A stretch of 64,000 bases of DNA, taken from assembly GCA_964610735.1 (NCBI GenBank), contig CAZSYH010000001.1, positions 24,642-88,641 on the forward strand, given 5' to 3'. Below the pieces are notes generated by a model. The model was given only the letters and a program-made list of their open reading frames with translations, was not told the DNA's origin and searched no databases. This stretch comes from an uncultured Syntrophaceae bacterium (GTDB taxonomy: Bacteria; Desulfobacterota; Syntrophia; Syntrophales; UBA2210). The position numbers were made by a program, and so were the translations under genes. Position 1 is the first letter of the stretch, and each line of letters begins with the position of its first letter. Below, one piece after another: positions 37,522 to 49,258 of the stretch.

Positions 37522-38589
37522 TTAATTACTTAGTATTCGAGCTATATCATTATAGAAGACAAATATCATCAGGAGCATCAAGAGAAAAAATCCAGCCTGC
37601 TGTGCTATTTCCCTCCACTTCACGTTAACCTCTCTGCCTGTAACAGCTTCTATCAGAAAGAAAAGCAGGTGTCCTCCGTCAAGGACAGGTATTGGCAGCA
37701 GATTCAACACCCCCAGGTTCACGCTCAATACCGCCATAAGAAATATAAAGGGTAAGAAGCCCTTCCTTACCTGCGAGCCAGCCATCTGCGCTATCAGTAT
37801 CGGTCCGCCCAGTTCTTTTGGAGAGACAACGCCCTGTATTATTTTGACCATACCGAGACATGTAAGCTTTGTCCAGCCCCATGTCTGTTCAATCCCGGAA
37901 TAAAGTGCACCCACTGGGCCCTGTCTTTCCATAAACGTTTCATCGGATATACCTACCCCTATTCGATAGGTATCGATCTCTTCACTAAAGAGATTTTTAG
38001 ATTTTACAAGTTCAGGTGTCACGTATATATTGAGAAGTTTATTCCCCCTGTCCACGCTTATTCTGAGTCTGTCACCTTTGCTCCCGCTAACAACACTCGC
38101 CAGTTCCGACCAGCGCGAGATCTCCGTGTCATTTATCGCAACGATAACATCCCCGCTCCGCATACCCGCTTCAAACGCCGCGCCATCTTTCTGTATGTCT
38201 CCAATCCTGGATGTGGAAACGGGAACTCCGACAGCGTACACCATGGCAAAAGCAATAATGGCAAAGAGGAAATTGAAGAGAGGGCCTGCCGCCACTATCG
38301 CTATCTTTTTCAGAATGGCCTGTTTCTGGAATGACCGCTTCTCCTCATCCAGCGACAGTGCTTCCTCATCTTCTGACTCGCCCAGCATCTTAACGTACCC
38401 GCCAAGAGGTATCGCGGATAGCACATATTCCGTTTCTCCCATTTTTTTACCAATCAACCTGGGACCGAACCCGAGCGAAAATTTCAGCACGCCAACACCG
38501 GACCACTTTGCCACAAGAAAGTGACCCAGTTCATGAACAAAAATCAACACTCCCAACAGAATTATCACCGATATAATACTTAAGCCCAT
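37522..38589 (-). CDS. rseP: RIP zinc metalloprotease RseP (site-2 protease)
   Basis: HELGHF zinc motif in TM1, a PDZ domain region, and a C-terminal NLLPIPVLDGGH motif. Confidence 0.9.
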   Translation of the reverse strand: MGLSIISVIILLGVLIFVHELGHFLVAKWSGVGVLKFSLGFGPRLIGKKMGETEYVLSAIPLGGYVKMLGESEDEEALSLDEEKRSFQKQAILKKIAIVAAGPLFNFLFAIIAFAMVYAVGVPVSTSRIGDIQKDGAAFEAGMRSGDVIVAINDTEISRWSELASVVSGSKGDRLRISVDRGNKLLNIYVTPELVKSKNLFSEEIDTYRIGVGISDETFMERQGPVGALYSGIEQTWGWTKLTCLGMVKIIQGVVSPKELGGPILIAQMAGSQVRKGFLPFIFLMAVLSVNLGVLNLLPIPVLDGGHLLFFLIEAVTGREVNVKWREIAQQAGFFLLMLLMIFVFYNDIARILSN

Positions 38590-39755
38590 TAAGACATCAT
38601 CCTTTTCTCAATAATTTCCCTGGCCCTAGCACGCCCCCGGCGGTCCGCATCGAGAACATCCTTAATCCGGTTAATTTCTTTTGTCCGGTGGGAATCAAGG
38701 ACCTCATCTACAATGAGAGCAATATCCACAAACCGTATCTTTCCCTCTATAAAAGCCTCCACAGCTACCTCATTTGCCGCATTCAGAACCGCGGGCACTG
38801 ACCCACCCTTCCCGGCAGCCTCATATGCAAGTTTCAGGGCGGGAAACTTGTCAAGATCAGGAGACATAAACTCCAGGGCGCCGACAGAGCACAAATCCAG
38901 TGTATCCACCGCGCCCTGCAATCTTTCCGGATATGAAAGGGCATACGATATGGGTCCTCTCATATCCGGCAGCCCCATCTGGGCTATGACAGAACCGTCC
39001 ACATATTCCACCATTGAATGCACGATGCTCTGCGGGTGGACACAGACATCTATTTTATCTATATCCATGTCAAATAGCCATCGGGCTTCTATGATTTCAA
39101 GTCCTTTGTTCATCATGGACGCGGAGTCTATGGTGATCTTCCGGCCCATCTCCCAGTTTGGATGCCTGAGCGCGTCCTCAAGTTTTATATCCGCGAACCG
39201 CTCCAGGGGAAGGTTTAAGAAGGGTCCTCCCGAGGCTGTGAGTATGAGCCTCTTGACTTCTTTTTTGTTATGACCTTTCAAACACTGAAAAATTGCGCTG
39301 TGTTCGCTGTCAACAGGAAGAATATTAACTCCTCGTGATGCGGCCCTGGCGATGACCATCTCCCCAGCCATAACCATCGTTTCCTTGTTGGCAAGCGCGA
39401 TGTCTTTTCCCGCGTCAATAGCTTCAATCGTCGGAAGAAGTCCCGCCGCGCCCGATATGGCCGATACGACCATATTCGTCTTTTCCCATGAAGCAACTTC
39501 CCTGTATCCGCCCTCGCCCGACAGTATCTTCGGCACAGCAGGATGCCCGAGCATTTCACGTAACCTGCCGGCGTGTTTGTCATCAATAACGGAGACAATC
39601 TCCGGTCCAAATTCGTCTATCTGTTTCTTGAAAAGGGAAAGATTTCTACCTGCGGCAAGGGCAACCACCTTGAATCTGAAAGGATTTCGGGCTATGATAT
39701 CAAGAGTATTCACTCCTATGGAGCCCGTTGATCCCAGAATGGATATATTTTTCAT
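38589..39755 (-). CDS. dxr: 1-deoxy-D-xylulose 5-phosphate reductoisomerase
   Basis: ILGSTGSIG, LANKE and VDSEHSAIFQC motifs, 388 aa. Confidence 0.95.
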   Translation of the reverse strand: MKNISILGSTGSIGVNTLDIIARNPFRFKVVALAAGRNLSLFKKQIDEFGPEIVSVIDDKHAGRLREMLGHPAVPKILSGEGGYREVASWEKTNMVVSAISGAAGLLPTIEAIDAGKDIALANKETMVMAGEMVIARAASRGVNILPVDSEHSAIFQCLKGHNKKEVKRLILTASGGPFLNLPLERFADIKLEDALRHPNWEMGRKITIDSASMMNKGLEIIEARWLFDMDIDKIDVCVHPQSIVHSMVEYVDGSVIAQMGLPDMRGPISYALSYPERLQGAVDTLDLCSVGALEFMSPDLDKFPALKLAYEAAGKGGSVPAVLNAANEVAVEAFIEGKIRFVDIALIVDEVLDSHRTKEINRIKDVLDADRRGRARAREIIEKRMMS

Positions 39756-40558
39756 GTAATCACTAACACATTATAATAGTATACGAAGGGAATCATAAAA
39801 ATAAGTGAATCCAGACGGTCCAATATCCCCCCATGGCCCGGGAGGAAAAAACCGGAATCTTTAACCATGGAAGTTCTTTTAACGGCCGATTCGCAAAGAT
39901 CTCCCAACTGACCGATAATACTCCCCATAAAACCGAGGATTATCGCATGAATAATAGAAAGGTCGTGAAGAAACAGTACCTTGAACAACAGACACACGAG
40001 AACGGTGCCGACAATGGACCCGATTGCTCCTTCTACTGTTTTCCCCGCGCTGACCGCGGGTATCAGTTTTGTCTTCCCCATGGATCTTCCGGCATAAAAA
40101 GCGCTGCTGTCGCCTGCGAAGGCGGCAGCTATAACGAAGAAGACCCAGGCAATACCATTATCAGAACATCTTAGAAGAATAATATACGATATAAGAAAGG
40201 GTATATACATAAAGCCGAACACAACCCTGGCAAGCGCCGCAAGATCGGCCAGACCGTTTTTTATCCTCATGAGAAAAAGCAGAAAAACTATGATGAACGA
40301 AAAAGTAACCGTGGCAAACACCAACTGGGCACCACCGAAATATGCCGCCAAGGGCATAAGAAAAGCTATGACCAATCCCTCGGTTTTTTCCCACCAGTAT
40401 TTCCCCTTAAAGACCATGGAATTATATTCAAATACACCCCCTGCAATAACCAGGGTTATAAGCAGGGAAAAGATCAGGGGAGAACCATACAGGATAACCA
40501 CAAAGAGTAAGGGTACCGCTACGATTCCTGTAATCCATCTTTTTACATGGGAGTTCAT
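39752..40558 (-). CDS. cdsA: phosphatidate cytidylyltransferase CdsA
   Basis: C-terminal signature SAVKRTSMVKDSGFFLPGHGGILDRLDS, with multiple TM helices. Confidence 0.9.
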   Translation of the reverse strand: MNSHVKRWITGIVAVPLLFVVILYGSPLIFSLLITLVIAGGVFEYNSMVFKGKYWWEKTEGLVIAFLMPLAAYFGGAQLVFATVTFSFIIVFLLFLMRIKNGLADLAALARVVFGFMYIPFLISYIILLRCSDNGIAWVFFVIAAAFAGDSSAFYAGRSMGKTKLIPAVSAGKTVEGAIGSIVGTVLVCLLFKVLFLHDLSIIHAIILGFMGSIIGQLGDLCESAVKRTSMVKDSGFFLPGHGGILDRLDSLIFMIPFVYYYNVLVIT

Positions 40559-40577
40559 GTTGCTATTCCTCCGACAT

Positions 40578-41300
40578 CTATTCGCTTATTAATCCAAAGC
40601 GTCTTTCTCTTCGCTGATAATCTACTACGGCTTTTATCAGATCATCCATTGAGAAATCTGGCCATAAGACATCTGTAAAATAAAGTTCCGCGTAGGCCAA
40701 TTGCCATAAAAGAAAGTTGCTCAGCCGGTATTCCCCGCTCGTCCTTATCAGCAGATCCGGATCGGGTATATTCGCGGTGTGCAGGTAACCTGAAAAAAAG
40801 TCTTTTGTAATCGCGTTTTCATCAATATCAATCGATTTGCTATCCCTTAATATCCTCTTCACCGCATCGACAATCTCGTCTCGTCCACCATAACTCAGGG
40901 CAAGATTCAGGACCATTCCCCTGTTTTCCGATGTTTGTTCAATGACATCGAAGAGTACATCCCTGACTGTTTTGGGAAGTCTGCCGGTATCCCCTATCGC
41001 AATCAGTTTTATGCCGGTCTCTTTCATCTCCTGAAGCTCCAGACGGAGATATCCCTCAAGAAGCGATGACAGTGCCCTTACTTCACTTTCCGGACGCTGC
41101 CAGTTCTCAACCGAAAATGCGTAGAGGGTGAGATATTGTATGCCCAGTTCACGACAGGTTTTCACCACAAGGCGAACCGACTCGGCTCCTTTCTTGTGAC
41201 CCATTATTCTATTCAACAGGTTTTTCTTTGCCCATCTGCCGTTACCATCCATTATGATGGCTATATGACGTGGGAGTTTTTCCTTGATAATTCTATGCAT
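40578..41300 (-). CDS. uppS: di-trans,poly-cis-undecaprenyl-diphosphate synthase UppS
   Basis: HIAIIMDGNGRWA, FSVENWQRP, and RTSGEYRLSNFLLWQLAYAELYF. ATG at 41300 preferred over the GTG at 41333. Confidence 0.95.
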   Translation of the reverse strand: MHRIIKEKLPRHIAIIMDGNGRWAKKNLLNRIMGHKKGAESVRLVVKTCRELGIQYLTLYAFSVENWQRPESEVRALSSLLEGYLRLELQEMKETGIKLIAIGDTGRLPKTVRDVLFDVIEQTSENRGMVLNLALSYGGRDEIVDAVKRILRDSKSIDIDENAITKDFFSGYLHTANIPDPDLLIRTSGEYRLSNFLLWQLAYAELYFTDVLWPDFSMDDLIKAVVDYQRRERRFGLISE

Positions 41301-41388
41301 ACATCTCTTTCCCGTTTTAAAATTAAGTACCACAGCACCCTTGCATTTTCAACATGTATCTTAAAAACAAGATTCCTGCTCTATGCAT

Positions 41389-41412
41389 AAAAAAGGGGCC
41401 CGCAGGCCCCTT
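41389..41412 (-). terminator. rho-independent terminator after frr
   Basis: GGGGCC (41395-41400) pairs with GGCCCC (41405-41410) across a 4-nt loop. On the minus strand a U-tract follows (A-run 41389-41394 on the plus strand). T-rich flanks on both sides suggest it may act in both directions. Confidence 0.7.
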
Positions 41413-41431
41413 TTATTCATTATTGACAACC

Positions 41432-41989
41432 CTATATCTCCATAATTTCCACTTCTTTGGCTGCAAGAATCTTGTCTGCCTTATCTATGTAATCATCGGT
41501 TATCGTCTGCACTCTGTCCTGGTAATCATGCATATTATCCTCTGATATGTCGCCGTCGGTTTTCAGTTTTTTAAAATCATTGTTTGCATCTCTCCTCACG
41601 TTTCGGAGCCTGATTTTGTACTCTTCCGTAATCTTCTTTATTAACTTTACAAGGTCCTTTCTTCTTTCCTCTGTGAGAGGAGGAATATTGATCCTGATCA
41701 CCTTACCGTCATTGTTTGGAACCAGTCCCAGTTCAGATTTTTGCACAGCCTTTCCAATGGCGCCTATCGCCCCCTTATCCCATGGGGAGATAAGAATAAG
41801 CTGACTTTCCGGTGTGGACAGCGTGGCAACCTGGTTGAGTGGTGTCATAACCCCATAATAATCCACCTTGATGCCGTCAAGAAGCGCCACTGACGCCCTG
41901 CCTGTACGCACTTTGTTAAACGATTTTTCGAGAGACTGTATGTGCCCCTCCATGGTCTCTTTTAATCCTTCAAATATCAGATTCGTCAT
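41432..41989 (-). CDS. frr: ribosome recycling factor
   Basis: 185 aa with [11 protein letters not shown] and [11 protein letters not shown]. The ATG at 41989 overlaps the pyrH stop (ATGA). Confidence 0.95.
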   Translation of the reverse strand: MTNLIFEGLKETMEGHIQSLEKSFNKVRTGRASVALLDGIKVDYYGVMTPLNQVATLSTPESQLILISPWDKGAIGAIGKAVQKSELGLVPNNDGKVIRINIPPLTEERRKDLVKLIKKITEEYKIRLRNVRRDANNDFKKLKTDGDISEDNMHDYQDRVQTITDDYIDKADKILAAKEVEIMEI

Positions 41990-42708
41990 TTCTCGCCCTC
42001 TACAACTGTGCCTACGGATTTCCCACAAATAACACCCCTGATATTTCCTGTCTTTTCAATGTTAAACACGACAAGGGGAAGGTTGTTGTCCCTGCACATA
42101 GAAACCGCGGTTGAATCCATTACTTTAAGATTCCTGGTTAAGACCTCAGTATAACTTATCTTACTAAACATTCTGGCATCTTTTTCTTTTAAAGGGTCTT
42201 TATCGTAAACCCCATCCACCTTGGTGGCCTTCAGTATGACATCCGCCTGAATTTCCATGGCCCTCAGGGAAGCCGCCGTGTCTGTGGTAAAATAAGGACT
42301 TCCGGTGCCACACGCAAAGATTACCACCCTTCCCTTTTCCAGATGTCGCACAGCCCTTCTCTTTATGAAAGGTTCCGCTATCTCTTTCATCCCTATGGCA
42401 GACTGGACTCTCGTGGGAATTCCATGGTTCTCAAGGGCATTCTGAAGAGCCAGGCTGTTCATCGCGGTCGCAAGCATGCCCATATAGTCGGCGGACACCC
42501 TGTCAATCCCTTTGGTGCTCGCCTCCATTCCGCGAAAAATGTTTCCACCGCCGACAACAATGCCTATCTGGACACCGAGGGCCTGAACATCTCCGATCTC
42601 TTTCGCCACGAACTTCAGTACATTAGTATCGATTCCGAAAGAGCCCTTTCCCAGCAAGGCCTCTCCACTCAACTTAAGGAGTATCCTCTTGTATATGGGT
42701 TTATCCAC
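41986..42708 (-). CDS. pyrH: UMP kinase
   Basis: [20 protein letters not shown] and [13 protein letters not shown] motifs. Confidence 0.95.
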   Translation of the reverse strand: MDKPIYKRILLKLSGEALLGKGSFGIDTNVLKFVAKEIGDVQALGVQIGIVVGGGNIFRGMEASTKGIDRVSADYMGMLATAMNSLALQNALENHGIPTRVQSAIGMKEIAEPFIKRRAVRHLEKGRVVIFACGTGSPYFTTDTAASLRAMEIQADVILKATKVDGVYDKDPLKEKDARMFSKISYTEVLTRNLKVMDSTAVSMCRDNNLPLVVFNIEKTGNIRGVICGKSVGTVVEGEK

Positions 42709-42785
42709 TTTCCAGCCCCGGGAATAAAAACTGTCTGTAATCTTATCTTGTTGAAAAGCTAACTTTACTTCTCAACCTATGATCT

Positions 42786-43385
42786 TTATACATCCTCACC
42801 CAGCTGGAATCTTGAGAATCTTCTCACCACAATATTTTCGCCTGTAGTAGCTATCATATTGTTCACCAGCGTTTGAATCGTAATATCCATGTCCTTCACA
42901 AATTTCTGATTTAAGAGGCACACTTCCTCGTAAAACTTCTTAATTTTGCCATCAATAATCTTGTCGATAATCTTCTCGGGTTTTCCCTCAGCCAGGGCCT
43001 GATCCCGATATATACCATTCTCCCGCTCCATAACCTCTTCCGGAATGTCATCGGGCTTCAGGTATGTGGGATTCGCAGCCGCAATGTGCATGGCAATATC
43101 CTTTGCCATCGCCCTGAAATTGTCGGTTTTGGCAACAAAATCTGTTTCGCAGTTTACTTCCACTATAACCCCTATTTTCCCGTTCATATGGATGTAAGAG
43201 GCAACCATCCCATCTTTCGCAGCCCTTGAAGATCTCTTTGTCGCGGCAGAGAGTCCCTTTTTTCTTAAGTATTCAACGGCCTTTTCAAGATTGCCTTCAG
43301 AGGCGGAAAGCGCCTCTTTGCAATCCATCATGCCCGCGTTTGTTTTGTCTCTCAACTCTTTTACCATAGATGCTGTAATATCCAA
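42786..43385 (-). CDS. tsf: translation elongation factor Ts (short form)
   Basis: N-terminal UBA-like VKELRDKTNAGMMDCKEAL, then HMNGKIGVIVEVNCETDFVAK. 199 aa. Confidence 0.9.
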   Translation of the reverse strand: MDITASMVKELRDKTNAGMMDCKEALSASEGNLEKAVEYLRKKGLSAATKRSSRAAKDGMVASYIHMNGKIGVIVEVNCETDFVAKTDNFRAMAKDIAMHIAAANPTYLKPDDIPEEVMERENGIYRDQALAEGKPEKIIDKIIDGKIKKFYEEVCLLNQKFVKDMDITIQTLVNNMIATTGENIVVRRFSRFQLGEDV

Positions 43386-43386
43386 T

Positions 43387-44220
43387 TTACTCTACCTCCT
43401 CAGTTTCCTGTGTCTCTACATCTTCAGCGCCACCCCTAAGAGCCTCTCCTTCGATATTCTGAACGCTTTCCGGGAGATCCTGTTTTTCATTCTCCTGCGC
43501 TTCTTCTTTATCGCTCTGGGCCCGTATAAGTTCTTCCAGTCTCCTTTTTCCTTCAAGAGCGGCCTCCGCAATTTTGGAGGAAAACAACTTTATGGCCCTT
43601 ATGGCATCATCATTACCTGGAATGATATAATCTATATCGTCCGGATCACAATTGGTGTCAACAATTGCCACGATGGGAACCCCCAGTTTTCCGGCTTCTT
43701 TGACGGCGATACTCTCTCTTTTGGGATCAACAATAAACACAATACCCGGACGAGCATTCATATTTCTTATACCACCCAAAACCTTCTGAAGCTTATCTCT
43801 TTTCTTTTGCAGACCCAGTATCTCCTTTTTGGGAAACGCGTTGATGCTCTCGTCTTCGAACATGGAATCAAGCTTGTTCAATTTGTCAACACTCTTTTTT
43901 ATCGTGATAAAATTCGTAAGCATTCCACCGAGCCAGCGATGATTGACATAGGGCATGTCCGCCCTGTCAGCTTCTGTCTTGATGGATTCCTGCGCCTGTC
44001 TCTTGGTGCCCACAAACAGGACATCTCCCCCTGAAGCGACTGTGTCAACTACAGCATTATAAGCCGTGTCAAACATCTGCACCGTCTGTTGAAGATCTAT
44101 GATGTAGATGCCATTTCTTGCCCCGAATATATAGGTCTTCATCTTTGGGTTCCACCTGTTCGTCTGATGTCCGAAGTGAACCCCCGATTCCAGCAACATC
44201 TTCATTGATACCTGTGCCAT
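43387..44220 (-). CDS. rpsB: 30S ribosomal protein S2, with an acidic C-terminal extension
   Basis: [20 protein letters not shown] and VDTNCDPD motifs. Start chosen at MAQVSMK (44220); the ORF opens at 44343. The last approximately 45 residues are Glu/Asp/Gln-rich. Confidence 0.95.
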   Translation of the reverse strand: MAQVSMKMLLESGVHFGHQTNRWNPKMKTYIFGARNGIYIIDLQQTVQMFDTAYNAVVDTVASGGDVLFVGTKRQAQESIKTEADRADMPYVNHRWLGGMLTNFITIKKSVDKLNKLDSMFEDESINAFPKKEILGLQKKRDKLQKVLGGIRNMNARPGIVFIVDPKRESIAVKEAGKLGVPIVAIVDTNCDPDDIDYIIPGNDDAIRAIKLFSSKIAEAALEGKRRLEELIRAQSDKEEAQENEKQDLPESVQNIEGEALRGGAEDVETQETEEVE

Positions 44221-44378
44221 ACAATTCTCCTTGTTTGTTTTTTCCTCCACCCTCATCACCTTGTCAAAGGACCTGATCTCAGGCAACTCCCTGACAATCA
44301 GAGGGTGAGTGTAATAAGTTGGTAAGTTGGAGCGGGATACCATATCCAGTACAAATAATCAAGGCAAATCAGCCGGGA

Positions 44379-45596
44379 TCAGCTGTGGTAAAAAGAGTTT
44401 ATGTCCACATACTCGTGGGAAAGATCAGACGTATATACGCTGAATGTCTCCTTCCCCATACCAAGTCGCACCAGAACACGTATATTATCCCTTTTCATCA
44501 TCCCGGCAGCCTCTTTCCCCGAAATTCCCCTGCCATTGATAAACAGTGGCACATTCTCAATGTAGAGTTCCAGCGAATCGGTTGAGAATGGCACCCCCGT
44601 TGACCCTGCCGCTGATACGATTCTCCCCCAGTTCGGATCCTCACCGAAGAATGCCGTCTTTACAAGATTGGAATTTGCTATGGCATACGCTACCTTTTTC
44701 GCGTCTCCGACATTCTCAGCCTCCTCGACGATAATCTCTATCAGTTTTGTCGCGCCCTCTCCGTCTTTCACGATGGATCTCGCGAGAGAATCCATAACAC
44801 CGAACAGAGTCTCTCTGAATTTCATCAGATTACCGGAAGTCTCCGTGATAAGCCCGTTACCAGCAACGCCATTGGCCAGCATAATGGCTGTGTCATTCGT
44901 GCTCATGCACCCATCTACCGTTATAGCATTAAAACTTCTACCGACAGATTTTTTAAAGACCCTGGTCAGACAGGAATGATCGATATCGGCGTCCGTCATT
45001 ATGAAAGAGAGCATCGTCGCCATGTTAGGCTCTATCATTCCCGCCCCTTTGGCAATTCCGCAAATGGTAACCTCTTTGCTACCAACAGAACATCTTTTGT
45101 GCTCGATCTTAAGAAACCTGTCGGTAGTAATAATACCTTCCGCAAAAGAAGAGAGGCCATCAGCGTTTAAGCCCTCGACAAGAGGTTTAATTGACCGGGT
45201 GATCTTTTCTATGGGAAGCTTCTCACCGATGATACCGGTGGAAGCGACAAGGACAAGCTTATCCCCTATACCCAGCGCTTCGGAAACAACTCTCGACATG
45301 GTGGCGGCATCCTTATCGCCCTCTTTGCCGGTCGCCGCGTTGGCATTACCGCTGTTCACTATGACGGCCTGGGCGATACCTTTTCTTATCCTCTCCATAT
45401 CGAGAATAACAGGAGCCGCCTTAAACCGGTTGGTGGTGAATACGCCCACAGCCCTGGCAGGAACCTCTGAAAATATAAGGGAAAGATCCCTGTTTCCGCC
45501 ACCCTTTATGCCGGAGGCCACTCCATTTCCAAGAAATCCGGGAACTTGAAAACTATCATTCATGGTCATCTCCATCGCTGTCATCTGCCGCAACAA
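44379..45596 (-). CDS. argJ: bifunctional ornithine acetyltransferase / N-acetylglutamate synthase ArgJ
   Basis: Autoprocessing site [14 protein letters not shown], then KGAGMI. The start is uncertain (ATGs at 45596, 45584, 45575, 45569, 45563); the longest form overlaps the secA 3' end. Confidence 0.9.
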   Translation of the reverse strand: MLRQMTAMEMTMNDSFQVPGFLGNGVASGIKGGGNRDLSLIFSEVPARAVGVFTTNRFKAAPVILDMERIRKGIAQAVIVNSGNANAATGKEGDKDAATMSRVVSEALGIGDKLVLVASTGIIGEKLPIEKITRSIKPLVEGLNADGLSSFAEGIITTDRFLKIEHKRCSVGSKEVTICGIAKGAGMIEPNMATMLSFIMTDADIDHSCLTRVFKKSVGRSFNAITVDGCMSTNDTAIMLANGVAGNGLITETSGNLMKFRETLFGVMDSLARSIVKDGEGATKLIEIIVEEAENVGDAKKVAYAIANSNLVKTAFFGEDPNWGRIVSAAGSTGVPFSTDSLELYIENVPLFINGRGISGKEAAGMMKRDNIRVLVRLGMGKETFSVYTSDLSHEYVDINSFYHS

Positions 45597-48106
45597 TGCT
45601 TGTATTTCTTACCACTGCCGCAGGGACAGGGGGCATTTCTGCCTATCTTCTCGCTCTTTCTTGTGACGGTGGTTGGGGCCGCATCGTCTCTCCCCCTGCT
45701 CATCGCATAATCCTTTTTCTGCTTTTCCTGAATCTGCTTCACTTCTTCATCGCTCTGTACCTGCACTATACAGAGTTTCTGTAGAGAATCCTCCTTGATG
45801 CGATACACCATCTCCATGAACATATCGTAGCCTTCTTTTTGATACTCCCTGACGGGATCCTTCTGCCCATAGCCACGCAGGCCTATCCCTTCCTTGAGAT
45901 GATCCATGTTGAGCAGGTGATCCTTCCAATGAGAGTCAATGGTCTGAAGCATAATTACCTTCATTATGTACCCCATCAGGTCCTTGCCAAACATCTTTTC
46001 CTTGTCGCGCAGCAGTGCCGTTACGTCAGATATTATCCCCGTGATGACATCTTCTCTGTTCATATTCTCCCGGTTTGAATCATCAAGATTCCACTTCAAG
46101 GAAAACTGTTTGTATATGATGTCACTCAGACCCTTAAGATCCCATTCGTCCGGCCGGACCTTTTCGGCCAGAGAATCGTAGACCAAGTCCTCGACAACTT
46201 CCTGTAGCATATCATCAACCGTCGGCCACAGATCACTTCCACCAAGAACATCTCTGCGCTGTTCATAAATAACCTGCCGCTGCCGGTTCATTACATCATC
46301 ATACTCAAGGAGGTGTTTCCTTATATCAAAATTCTGTCCCTCCACCCGTTTCTGGGCGCCTTCAATTGCCTTGCTGATGAGATTGTGCTCAATCGGCTGT
46401 CCCTTTTCAACGCCGATCCTGTCCATAACGGACGATATCCTCTCGGCTCCAAATATCCTGAGGAGATCGTCCTCAAGTGATAGATAGAACCGTGACGACC
46501 CATTGTCTCCCTGCCTTCCAGACCTGCCTCTCAGCTGATTATCTATACGCCGGCTCTCGTGGCGCTCCGTGCCTAGTATATGGAGACCACCAAGATCAGC
46601 CACGCCTTCGCCCAGTTTTATGTCGGTCCCCCTCCCCGCCATATTGGTGGATATTGTAACAGACCCCGGCTGTCCGGCCTGAGCTATTATTTCCGCCTCT
46701 TTTTCATGATTCTTGGCGTTCAGGATGTTGTGCCTGATTCCTCTTTTTGAAAGATATTTACTGAGCAGCTCAGATTTTTCAATAGAAATAGTCCCTACCA
46801 GGACCGGCCGATTCTGGTCATGCAGCTCCTTTATCTCTTCAATAACGGCGCTGAACTTCTCCTCTTCCGTCTTGTAGATAACATCAGTGTTGTCAATCCT
46901 TATCATCGGCATATTTGTGGGCATAACAATCACATCGAGATTGTATATCTTTTTGAACTCTGCAGCTTCTGTATCCGCTGTTCCGGTCATCCCGGACAAT
47001 TTTTCATACATCCTGAAATAGTTCTGGAATGTAACGGAGGCCAGTGTCTGGTTTTCCCTTTCTATCTTAACCTTTTCCTTCGCCTCAAGCGCCTGATGGA
47101 GACCGTCGCTGTATCTCCTGCCGGGCATTACCCTCCCAGTGAATTCGTCCACGATAACAACCTGGCGGCCGTCCTTGACAAGATAATCAATGTCTTTCCT
47201 GAACAGGGTATGTGCCTTCAAGGCCTGGTTTACATGGTGAAGGATTTCCATATTCTTAGGTTCATACAGATTTTGAACATTCAGCAGTTTTTCGGATTTG
47301 GCAACCCCCTCTTCCGTAAGAACAACTGTCCTGCTCTTCTCCTCTATGGTATAATCATGGTCCCTCTTCAGTCGCGGAATGATTTGATTAACCTTGTAAT
47401 ATTTGTCTGTAGATTCTTCAGACGGCCCGGAGATAATAAGAGGTGTTCTCGCCTCATCTATAAGAATACTGTCCACTTCATCAACTATCGCGTAATGAAA
47501 CTCTCTCTGGACATAATTCTCAAGCTGAAAGTTCATATTGTCACGCAGATAATCGAACCCAAATTCGTTGTTTGTGCCATACGTTACATCGCAATTGTAC
47601 GCATTGCGTCTTTCGGTGTCGTCTATTCCATGGACAATCACCCCGACAGAAAGACCAAGGAATTCATAGATGGGCCCCATCCAGTTTGCGTCTCTATTTG
47701 CCAGGTAGTCATTCACTGTAATCACATGCACACCCCTGCCGGTTAACGCATTCAGATACACAGGCATGGTCGAAGCTAGGGTTTTTCCTTCACCCGTTTT
47801 CATTTCCGCGATCTTGCCCTCATGCAGAACAATACCGCCTATGACCTGGGCATCAAACGGCCTCATTCCCAGAGTTCTCCTCGAAACCTCCCTGGCAACG
47901 GCAAATGCCTCCACGAGGAGATCATCAAGAGAAGCTCCTTCAGCAAGTTTACTCTTAAAATATGGTGTCTTTGCCCTGAGCTCGGAATCGGTTAAACTCT
48001 CCATCAAAGGTTCCTGCTCGTTTACCTCTTTCATGATAACGGTCAGACGCTTTATTTCCCTGTCATTTTTAGTTCCAACAATTTTTTTCAATATGTAATT
48101 CAACAT
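45581..48106 (-). CDS. secA: preprotein translocase ATPase SecA
   Basis: MKTGEGKTL Walker A, a DEAD-like [19 protein letters not shown], and a C-terminal zinc finger [17 protein letters not shown] at 48106 preferred (a GTG lies two codons upstream). Confidence 0.97.
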   Translation of the reverse strand: MLNYILKKIVGTKNDREIKRLTVIMKEVNEQEPLMESLTDSELRAKTPYFKSKLAEGASLDDLLVEAFAVAREVSRRTLGMRPFDAQVIGGIVLHEGKIAEMKTGEGKTLASTMPVYLNALTGRGVHVITVNDYLANRDANWMGPIYEFLGLSVGVIVHGIDDTERRNAYNCDVTYGTNNEFGFDYLRDNMNFQLENYVQREFHYAIVDEVDSILIDEARTPLIISGPSEESTDKYYKVNQIIPRLKRDHDYTIEEKSRTVVLTEEGVAKSEKLLNVQNLYEPKNMEILHHVNQALKAHTLFRKDIDYLVKDGRQVVIVDEFTGRVMPGRRYSDGLHQALEAKEKVKIERENQTLASVTFQNYFRMYEKLSGMTGTADTEAAEFKKIYNLDVIVMPTNMPMIRIDNTDVIYKTEEEKFSAVIEEIKELHDQNRPVLVGTISIEKSELLSKYLSKRGIRHNILNAKNHEKEAEIIAQAGQPGSVTISTNMAGRGTDIKLGEGVADLGGLHILGTERHESRRIDNQLRGRSGRQGDNGSSRFYLSLEDDLLRIFGAERISSVMDRIGVEKGQPIEHNLISKAIEGAQKRVEGQNFDIRKHLLEYDDVMNRQRQVIYEQRRDVLGGSDLWPTVDDMLQEVVEDLVYDSLAEKVRPDEWDLKGLSDIIYKQFSLKWNLDDSNRENMNREDVITGIISDVTALLRDKEKMFGKDLMGYIMKVIMLQTIDSHWKDHLLNMDHLKEGIGLRGYGQKDPVREYQKEGYDMFMEMVYRIKEDSLQKLCIVQVQSDEEVKQIQEKQKKDYAMSRGRDDAAPTTVTRKSEKIGRNAPCPCGSGKKYKHCCGR

Positions 48107-48116
48107 GATCACACCA

Positions 48117-48145
48117 CAAAAAACCCGGCAAAAAAATATTACCGG
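48117..48145 (-). promoter_or_regulatory. weak terminator-like hairpin between the M23 peptidase gene and secA
   Basis: On the minus strand: CCCGG, a 13-nt loop, CCGGG, then five U. It lies only about 12 nt upstream of the secA ATG. The stem is short and the loop long. Confidence 0.25.
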
Positions 48146-48185
48146 GAGAGCCTAACTGACAGGTAGTGGGCAGAGCCCGTCCGCA

Positions 48186-49109
48186 TTAAAAAAGATGCCT
48201 CCGTGGATTCACGTAAATATCATTTATACAAACACCATAGTGAAGATGAGGACCGGTACTTCTCCCGGAATTACCCACATACCCGATTATATCTCCCCTT
48301 CTCACCTTTTGTCCCTTTTTGACGTCACCTTTTTTTAACATATGCCCATAGGTCGTCACAACACCATTTCCATGGTCTATCCTAACCATGTTTCCCATAC
48401 CTATTTCCTGAGATACGCTTTCCACAATACCATCCGCGGGAGTCACAATGTCTTTACCAATCTCTGTTGCTATGTCGATACCCCTGTGAAACTCTCTCTT
48501 TCCCGTAAAAGGCGAAACCCTGTATCCAAACTCTGAAGTTACCCAGCCTATCGCAGGCCATATGGAAGGTGTAGAGGCAAGTATTGATTTCTGCTTTCCA
48601 AGAAAATTGAGCAGTTCTGTAAAACTGTCCTCTTGAAGAGCGGCTTCGTCAAGCAGTCTATCTACATTGTTATGTATTCTATCAATGAGGGCGGCTTCCA
48701 TTTCTGCTGCATGCGAAACAGGCCTCTCTTCTTCGGGTACTGGTCCCCCGATACCCAGCATCGGGCTGTTATTATTATCATTGTCAAGATTTGTCATAAT
48801 TCTTATTTTTTTATCGAATTGGGCCAGGTTCATCATTTTTTTCTCAAAATCATCAACCTTGCTCGCAAGAAAATCAAGGCGGTCTCTTTGAAGAAATGTT
48901 ATCTGCTCCAATCTGGCCAGTTCTTCTACCTTGCCCCTGGTGTCCATATAATTATAAGAAAGGTAACAGATCGATAATAAAGCGGTTATTGTTGTAATGG
49001 AGATGAACGATAGAAGTTTAGTCGAAATCCTCAACTTTTTTATTGGCCCCTTCCCCTGGGGAATGGCAAGAATGGTATAATATTTATTTCCCATCCCGGA
49101 TCCTTTCAC
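48186..49109 (-). CDS. M23 family metallopeptidase (EnvC/NlpD-like) with N-terminal TM anchor and coiled coil
   Basis: HRGIDIA, then GNSGRSTGPHLHYGV (LytM motifs). N-terminal anchor LLSFISITTITALLSICYL. Confidence 0.85.
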   Translation of the reverse strand: MKGSGMGNKYYTILAIPQGKGPIKKLRISTKLLSFISITTITALLSICYLSYNYMDTRGKVEELARLEQITFLQRDRLDFLASKVDDFEKKMMNLAQFDKKIRIMTNLDNDNNNSPMLGIGGPVPEEERPVSHAAEMEAALIDRIHNNVDRLLDEAALQEDSFTELLNFLGKQKSILASTPSIWPAIGWVTSEFGYRVSPFTGKREFHRGIDIATEIGKDIVTPADGIVESVSQEIGMGNMVRIDHGNGVVTTYGHMLKKGDVKKGQKVRRGDIIGYVGNSGRSTGPHLHYGVCINDIYVNPRRHLF

Positions 49110-49258
49110 TCAACTTCCAACGCAAACCTTTAGAAAATCCTGCCGGCCTTCCTGGAACCCTGAAGTGCCCGTAGATTATATACAGCACCCCCGATGACAA
49201 CATCACCTGAGTGAAACTACCATATCTGTCTTAAATGTCAAGGAAAGATTGAAAATTG

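Noticed and set aside
43291-44034. 247-aa plus-strand ORF overlapping tsf/rpsB; likewise 49544-50320 opposite the carboxyltransferase gene and 29270-29848 opposite livH
   Set aside because: These are shadow ORFs opposite well-supported genes. The livH antisense product is an Arg/His/Lys/Asn-rich artefact of reading hydrophobic codons backwards.
46820-47746. 308-aa plus-strand ORF
   Set aside because: It lies entirely antisense to secA, whose identity is unambiguous. The translation is low-complexity with no motif. Long antisense ORFs are expected opposite highly constrained genes at this GC content.
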